Assembly: GCA_902586885.1 (NCBI GenBank)
Contig: CACIJG010000006.1
Coordinates: forward strand, 11,512-75,511
Reading direction: 5' to 3'
Origin: an uncultured Alphaproteobacteria bacterium
Lineage (GTDB): Bacteria; Pseudomonadota; Alphaproteobacteria; Rhodobacterales; Rhodobacteraceae
Length of the DNA: 64,000 nucleotides
Below the pieces are notes generated by a model. That model made no database searches, was not told the origin of the DNA, and saw only the letters and a program-made list of their open reading frames with translations. This document shows positions 58,763-64,000 of the stretch, in pieces. Numbering within the stretch: the stretch's first letter is position 1; every line of letters begins with the position of its first letter. The position numbers and the translations under genes are program-made.

Positions 58763-60066
58763 GTTTTATTCAAAGAAGAATTGTAGTTTTCTCCACATTC
58801 TTTTTTGCAATCGTTTTGATTGGATTACTTCAAAGTTGGAATGTTGCTTTAGGCATATTTAACCTCTGTCTTATCTCTGCCACGATGGCGCTTGGGGTAA
58901 ACATTCAGCTAGGATACGCAGGGATTTTCAACGCTGGTGTAATGGGTTTTGCCGCTCTTGGCGGTTTGGCTGCGGTATTAATTTCCTATCCACCTGTTCC
59001 AGAAACAATTTCACTTGGAGGAGCTGGAATTTTATTAAGCGCAATAATAATCGCTATAACTACTTTAGCATCGATTTTTGTTTCAAGATCTTACTTATCT
59101 AAACTTTATAAAAGAATAACTATATTTGCTTTTATTTTAATTTCATTATTTTTAATAAATATTTATGGATCACCTGCTGTAGAAAAAATAGAGTCTTTTG
59201 AACCAGCTGCCTCTGGTTTTCTTGGAGGGTTTGGACTGCCTATTATTTTCTCTTGGGTCGTTGGAGGAGTTTTTGCAGGTCTTGTAGCATTCGTAATTGG
59301 AAAAATAACACTTGGTTTAAGAAGTGATTACCTTGCAATAGCAACGTTAGGTATAGCTGAGGTTATTATTTATATATTAAAAAATGAAGATTGGCTTACC
59401 AGGGGAGTAAAAAACGTTAATGGTTTACCAAGACCTGTTCCCTATGAAATAAGACTTCAAGAAAGCACATGGTTTATTGATTTTTGTGAAAGATATAATT
59501 TTCCTGTAGTTGAGTCTTCTTCAATATTGGTAAAATTATGTTACTGTTCATTATTTTTAGCAGTTGTTACTATTCTTTTTATTATGTCCGAAATAGCTCT
59601 TAAATCTCCCTGGGGTAGGATGATGAGAGCCATTAGAGATAACGAGATTTCAGCAAGGGCAATGGGAAAAAATGTAAAAGCTAGGCATTTAGAAATTTTC
59701 ATTCTTGGATCAGCTATAATAGGCTTGGCAGGCGCAATGTTAACTACTTTAGAGGGTCAATTTACTCCTACAACTTATCAGCCCCTGCGCTTTACATTTA
59801 CAGTCTGGGTAATGGTTATAATTGGTGGAACGGGAAATAATTATGGGTCAATAATAGGTGGTTTTATTGTGTGGCTCTTATGGGTAGAGGCCGAACCCAT
59901 AGGCTTATATTTGGTTGAGTTAATCACGAGCCCTCTAAACGAAACTAATCCTTTTCGAATACAGCTTTTGACTAATGCTGCTCATATGCGGTATATAATG
60001 ATGGGGATTTTACTTTTACTAGTTTTGAGATTTTCACCAAAAGGAATTTTCCCAGAAGGCAAGTAG
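58759..60066 (+). CDS. livM: branched-chain amino acid-type ABC transporter permease (LivM type)
   Basis: Polytopic protein with GRMMRAIRDNEISARAMG. Overlaps livH by 4 nt. Confidence 0.8.
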   Translation: MSFIQRRIVVFSTFFFAIVLIGLLQSWNVALGIFNLCLISATMALGVNIQLGYAGIFNAGVMGFAALGGLAAVLISYPPVPETISLGGAGILLSAIIIAITTLASIFVSRSYLSKLYKRITIFAFILISLFLINIYGSPAVEKIESFEPAASGFLGGFGLPIIFSWVVGGVFAGLVAFVIGKITLGLRSDYLAIATLGIAEVIIYILKNEDWLTRGVKNVNGLPRPVPYEIRLQESTWFIDFCERYNFPVVESSSILVKLCYCSLFLAVVTILFIMSEIALKSPWGRMMRAIRDNEISARAMGKNVKARHLEIFILGSAIIGLAGAMLTTLEGQFTPTTYQPLRFTFTVWVMVIIGGTGNNYGSIIGGFIVWLLWVEAEPIGLYLVELITSPLNETNPFRIQLLTNAAHMRYIMMGILLLLVLRFSPKGIFPEGK

Positions 60067-60075
60067 GAAAGAAAA

Positions 60076-60984
60076 ATGTCAGAAAAAATAATTCTTTTGG
60101 ATGGAGGAATGGGGCAAGAGTTAATAAAGTTGTCCAAATCAGAGCCTCATCCTCTATGGTCTACATTTGTCATGCTAGAGGAACCTAATTTGGTAAGAAA
60201 AGTTCATGAAAGCTATATTGAGTCTGGAGCAAGTGTAATTACATTAAACACGTACTCGACCACCCCAGACCGCTTAGAAGAAAATGGATTATATGATAAA
60301 TTCAGCTTTCTACAAACAAAAGCAATAGATTTAGCTAAGTCTGCTATCGATAATTGTAGAAAAGATGTTCTTATAGCAGGATGTTTGCCACCATTGGTAT
60401 GGAGTTATGTTCCCGAAAAAGCGCCCAGCTTTGATAAATGCGTCGATCTTTATTTAGAGATAGTTCGTCAGCAAGAAAAGGGAGTAGACTTATTTATTTG
60501 TGAAACAATGTCGTCACTAAAGGAAGCTAAAGCCGCTGTAACTGCTGCAAATACTAGCAAAAAGGATGTATGGTGTGCCTTTAGCCTAGAAGATAATGAA
60601 AAAGCTGAGCTTAGATCAGGAGAACCGCTTCTATCTTCGGTCAAAGAAATGCAAAAGATTGGTCAGAAAAAATTTCTTTTAAATTGTTCCTTTCCAGAAG
60701 CGATAGATAAGGGGATGGAGGTTATGAGAAATAATTGCGATCATTTTGGTGGTTATGCGAATGGATTTACATCTATAGAGCCGCTAAAAAGTGCGAGCAA
60801 TGTTTCTGTTTTGGAGGCAAGAAAAGATTTGGGGCCTAAGGAATACGCAAAACATGCTTTAGGTTGGGCTAGAAACGGCGCCTCAATAGTTGGTGGTTGC
60901 TGCGAAATTGGACCAGATCATATTAGACACCTTCATAAAGTATTGGTAGAAAACGATTTTCAAATTGTTTCTAAAATAGGCTAG
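60076..60984 (+). CDS. homocysteine S-methyltransferase family protein (MmuM/BHMT-like)
   Basis: Motifs LLDGGMGQEL and ETM, plus the zinc-site motif GGCCEIGPDHI. Starts 9 nt after livM. Confidence 0.8.
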   Translation: MSEKIILLDGGMGQELIKLSKSEPHPLWSTFVMLEEPNLVRKVHESYIESGASVITLNTYSTTPDRLEENGLYDKFSFLQTKAIDLAKSAIDNCRKDVLIAGCLPPLVWSYVPEKAPSFDKCVDLYLEIVRQQEKGVDLFICETMSSLKEAKAAVTAANTSKKDVWCAFSLEDNEKAELRSGEPLLSSVKEMQKIGQKKFLLNCSFPEAIDKGMEVMRNNCDHFGGYANGFTSIEPLKSASNVSVLEARKDLGPKEYAKHALGWARNGASIVGGCCEIGPDHIRHLHKVLVENDFQIVSKIG

Positions 60985-62471
60985 TTTGATTTTCTTGTTT
61001 TGTTTACAGCATCTACCCAGCCAGAATATTTTAATTCTTTTTCCTGAGATGAAATTTTAGGCAAAAAAGTCTTCATAACTTTCCAATCTTTTGAATAATC
61101 CTCTTTTTTGCTATAGATTCCCTGCTTCATTCCAGCCAACCATGCAACCCCTTTCGCTGTCGACTCTTGAGTTTCTGGTATGTTTATTTCCACTCCTGAT
61201 AGATCTGCCAATATTTGCATTGTCTCTATTGACTGAGTCATACCGCCATCTACTCTCAACTTAATTTTCTGAATATCAAGTCCAAGCAAATCCTTACGCA
61301 TGGCCTCCAATAGGTCCCTTGTTTGAAACCCAATACTTTCTAAAGCTGCCAATGCTATTTCCTCTCTTCCAGTATCACGCAATAATCCAAATATAGCTCC
61401 TCTTGCTTCTGAGTCCCAATAAGGCGCACCAAGACCAGTAAAAGCAGGAACAAAATAAATTTCCTGGTCCTTTGCTTTTTTTGCTAATAGACCTACCTCT
61501 TTTGCTTCACTTATAATCTTTACTGAGTCTCTGAGCCATTGAACAACCGCGCCCGCGATGAATATTGATCCTTCTAAAGCGAAAGCTAATTCGCCCTCTA
61601 TTTTGTATGCTATTGTTGTCAATAATTTATTTTTACTGTACACAATTTGGTTTCCAATATTCATTAGAGCAAAACAACCTGTTCCATATGTCGACTTTAT
61701 CATACCTTTTTCAAAGCAAGCTTGACCTATGGTTGCAGCTTGCTGATCTCCAGCAACCCCATTAATGGGAATAGGGACACCAAAGAAATCACTGGATACC
61801 TTCCCAAACTCATCAGCACATTCTTTTACCTCAGGCAAAATCTTAACTGGAATATCTAACAAATTTAGAATTTCAATATCCCAATCTTGATCCTTAATAT
61901 TGAACATCATTGTCCTTGATGCATTAGTAATATCTGAAACATGGCTACTGCCTTTGCTAAGTCTCCATATTAAAAAGCTATCAATTGTACCAAACTTTAG
62001 CTCACCCTTTCTTGATTTTTCTCGATCAGGGTCATGCTTGTCTAACAGCCATTTTAACTTTGTCGCAGAAAAATATGGGTCTATTAAAAGTCCAGTTTTT
62101 TTCTGAAAAAATTGTTCATAACTTTTTGACCTCAATTCTTTACAATATTCATTTGTTCTCCTGTCCTGCCATACAATTGCACGGGATAGGGTTTTTCCGC
62201 TAAGGGCATCCCAAATAATTGTGGTTTCCCGTTGGTTGGTAATTCCGATTGAAACAATTTCGTTAACTGTAATACCTGTTCTGTTTATTACATCCTTAAC
62301 AGTATCAATTACGGTATCAAATATCTCTTCAGGATCATGCTCAACCCAACCAGGCTTAGGAAAATATTGTGTGATTTCTTTCTGTGATGATTGTATTACT
62401 CTGAGATTTTTATCAAAAATTATGGACCGAGTAGATGTTGTACCTTGATCAATAGCTAGAATATATGTCAT
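60981..62471 (-). CDS. glpK: glycerol kinase
   Basis: Motifs YILAIDQGTTSTR, GWVEHDP and NTGCF-like YGTGCFALMN. 496 aa. Confidence 0.95.
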   Translation of the reverse strand: MTYILAIDQGTTSTRSIIFDKNLRVIQSSQKEITQYFPKPGWVEHDPEEIFDTVIDTVKDVINRTGITVNEIVSIGITNQRETTIIWDALSGKTLSRAIVWQDRRTNEYCKELRSKSYEQFFQKKTGLLIDPYFSATKLKWLLDKHDPDREKSRKGELKFGTIDSFLIWRLSKGSSHVSDITNASRTMMFNIKDQDWDIEILNLLDIPVKILPEVKECADEFGKVSSDFFGVPIPINGVAGDQQAATIGQACFEKGMIKSTYGTGCFALMNIGNQIVYSKNKLLTTIAYKIEGELAFALEGSIFIAGAVVQWLRDSVKIISEAKEVGLLAKKAKDQEIYFVPAFTGLGAPYWDSEARGAIFGLLRDTGREEIALAALESIGFQTRDLLEAMRKDLLGLDIQKIKLRVDGGMTQSIETMQILADLSGVEINIPETQESTAKGVAWLAGMKQGIYSKKEDYSKDWKVMKTFLPKISSQEKELKYSGWVDAVNKTRKSN

Positions 62472-62472
62472 T

Positions 62473-63993
62473 TCATGACCTTTTCTTTAATCTTTTCTTT
62501 ATGTATAAATCCAGAGCTTTTATTTCTTGTTTAGAAAGCCTTAAACCTATTTTTGTTCGTCTCCAAATCAGATCTTCAACAGTGTATACATACTCGTTTT
62601 CTAAAAACCAATTTACCTCTTTTTCAGTTAAATCTGAACCAAATTTCTTTCCCATATCTTTTTCGCTTTTTGAAGACCCTAATACTGTATTTGTTTGAGT
62701 TCCAAATGTCTTAAAGAGCCGCTCCGCCCAACTTCTGGTTAAAAAAGGATAATCTTTTATTAATTTATCTATAATTATCCTTTTCTCCGAAAGTCTAAAA
62801 TCACCTCCTGGCAATGATGCTGTTGATGTCCATGCGCTTGTTTTTAAGCCTAAGGCTTTTGAAATTTTATTTACAACTTTCTCTGAAAGCTTTCTGTATG
62901 CAGTTATTTTTCCTCCATAAACAGACAGACAGAAGAGTTTATCAATTTTCTCCAGATCCAAGAAATAATCTCGGCTGGCATCTTTAGCTTTAATATTTTT
63001 ATTTTCATGTAGAGCCCTAACACCCGAATATTCCCAAACAATATCTTTAGTAGAAACTTTTTTCCTAAAATACGTTGATGCAAAATTACACAGATATTCC
63101 TTTTCTTCATCGGAACACTTAATTTGGTTGCCGATGCGATGTTCTACTTCAGTGGTTCCAATTAAGGTAAAGTTCCCTTCATAGGGGATACAAAATATTA
63201 TTCGGCCATCTTCTCCTTGAAGGATGTAAGCTTTATCATGATTAAAAATTTTTTTTACAACAATGTGACTTCCTTTAACTAACCTTACCACTCCAGACTT
63301 GACGGGCTCTCCAAATATTTCTTTAAATTCCTCTATCCAGTGCCCTACCGCGTTAATAATGACAGGTGCTCTTACTTTAAAATCTCCTTTTTTTCCTTTT
63401 ATTGTTACTAACCAATTTTTTTCCTCTTTGATAATCTTGATAACCTTAGAATAAGAAAAGGCACTAGCTCCTTTATTAATGGCATCCTTTACGTTTAGGA
63501 ATACAAGTCTTGAGTCTTCAACCCAGCAATCCGAATACTCCAAGGCTTTTTTAGAAACATCTTTCAAATATTTTCCTGAGATATCCTCATCTAAATTTAA
63601 TCCACCACTTTTGGGTAATTTAGAATTGCGCGCTAAAAAATCATAAATATAGAGAGCAATACGCAGTATCCAATAGGGCCTTAAACCCTTTTTATGTGGC
63701 AGAATAAATTGTAGTGGCCAGCTTATATGAGGCATTAAATTCAACAAAATATCTCTCTCAGCCAAAGCCTCTTTGACAAGTCTAAATTGGTATGTTTCTA
63801 AATACCTTAATCCTCCATGAAAGAGTTTTGTTGAAGCGGAAGAAGTTGCTGAACCAAAGTCATTCATTTCTGCTAAACCTGCTTTTAAACCTCGTCCAGC
63901 TGCATCTCTCAGAATACCTGCACCATTTACACCACCACCAATAATAAAGATATCAAAATTCTCAATCTTATTATTTTGTTTTTTGTCTATCAT
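62473..63993 (-). CDS. glpD: FAD-dependent glycerol-3-phosphate dehydrogenase
   Basis: Motifs FDIFIIGGGVNGAGILRDAAGRGLK, TSSASTKLFHGGLRYLE and GGKITAYR. 506 aa. Confidence 0.9.
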   Translation of the reverse strand: MIDKKQNNKIENFDIFIIGGGVNGAGILRDAAGRGLKAGLAEMNDFGSATSSASTKLFHGGLRYLETYQFRLVKEALAERDILLNLMPHISWPLQFILPHKKGLRPYWILRIALYIYDFLARNSKLPKSGGLNLDEDISGKYLKDVSKKALEYSDCWVEDSRLVFLNVKDAINKGASAFSYSKVIKIIKEEKNWLVTIKGKKGDFKVRAPVIINAVGHWIEEFKEIFGEPVKSGVVRLVKGSHIVVKKIFNHDKAYILQGEDGRIIFCIPYEGNFTLIGTTEVEHRIGNQIKCSDEEKEYLCNFASTYFRKKVSTKDIVWEYSGVRALHENKNIKAKDASRDYFLDLEKIDKLFCLSVYGGKITAYRKLSEKVVNKISKALGLKTSAWTSTASLPGGDFRLSEKRIIIDKLIKDYPFLTRSWAERLFKTFGTQTNTVLGSSKSEKDMGKKFGSDLTEKEVNWFLENEYVYTVEDLIWRRTKIGLRLSKQEIKALDLYIKKRLKKRS

Positions 63994-64000
63994 AAAGATC

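Noticed and set aside
60067-60075. Possible SAM-type riboswitch upstream of the homocysteine methyltransferase, as known for some SAR11 methionine-cycle genes
   Set aside because: Only 9 nt separate it from the preceding permease gene, so there is no room for a riboswitch. The 186-nt leader at 54870-55055 shows no conserved riboswitch core that I can recognise.
1-64000. Search for CRISPR arrays, IS or transposon ends, prophage genes, toxin-antitoxin pairs, restriction-modification or other defence modules, and structured RNA genes (tmRNA, RNase P, SRP, 6S)
   Set aside because: No spaced direct-repeat array was seen. No transposase, integrase, phage or defence-like ORF was found. The largest non-coding gap is 223 nt, and none shows the conserved cores of these RNAs. 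The window appears to be ordinary core genome.

Overview
AT-rich, very tightly packed chromosome segment, roughly one-third G+C by eye. Intergenic gaps are mostly under 150 nt and many stop codons overlap. The gene content points to a streamlined marine alphaproteobacterium (SAR11/Pelagibacterales-like). Supporting genes are RegB/RegA (ActS/ActR-type), petABC, hemF/hemH, ubiG plus a UbiH-family hydroxylase, a CCA-adding enzyme next to a CoA-pyrophosphatase NUDIX, Hsp33, LolA and FtsK. I support 64 protein-coding genes, one truncated at the window start, one tRNA-Lys(UUU), three hairpin terminator/attenuator candidates and one strong Fur-type operator. Nearly everything is core housekeeping: respiration, ubiquinone and heme synthesis, lysine and aromatic biosynthesis, tRNA/rRNA modification, rpsO-pnp, and cell envelope or division functions. 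There are also several transporters: Fe3+ ABC, a Liv-type ABC and two DMT/EamA. I see no CRISPR array, transposase, integrase, phage gene, toxin-antitoxin pair or recognisable defence system, and no convincing undescribed multi-gene system. The loci most worth a second look are: (i) a metal-responsive divergent locus at 1-6000 with a perfect Fur-box palindrome, an uncharacterised secreted protein with an EF-hand-like loop and a 10-TM putative metal transporter; (ii) a Liv-type ABC operon running straight into a homocysteine S-methyltransferase gene; (iii) an OmpR-type regulator with a degenerate receiver domain, translationally coupled to xthA; (iv) a MarR plus orphan GxGP Rossmann-like protein pair; (v) widespread overlap of convergent gene ends. 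All functional calls come from reading the supplied translations against remembered family motifs. No database search was run.
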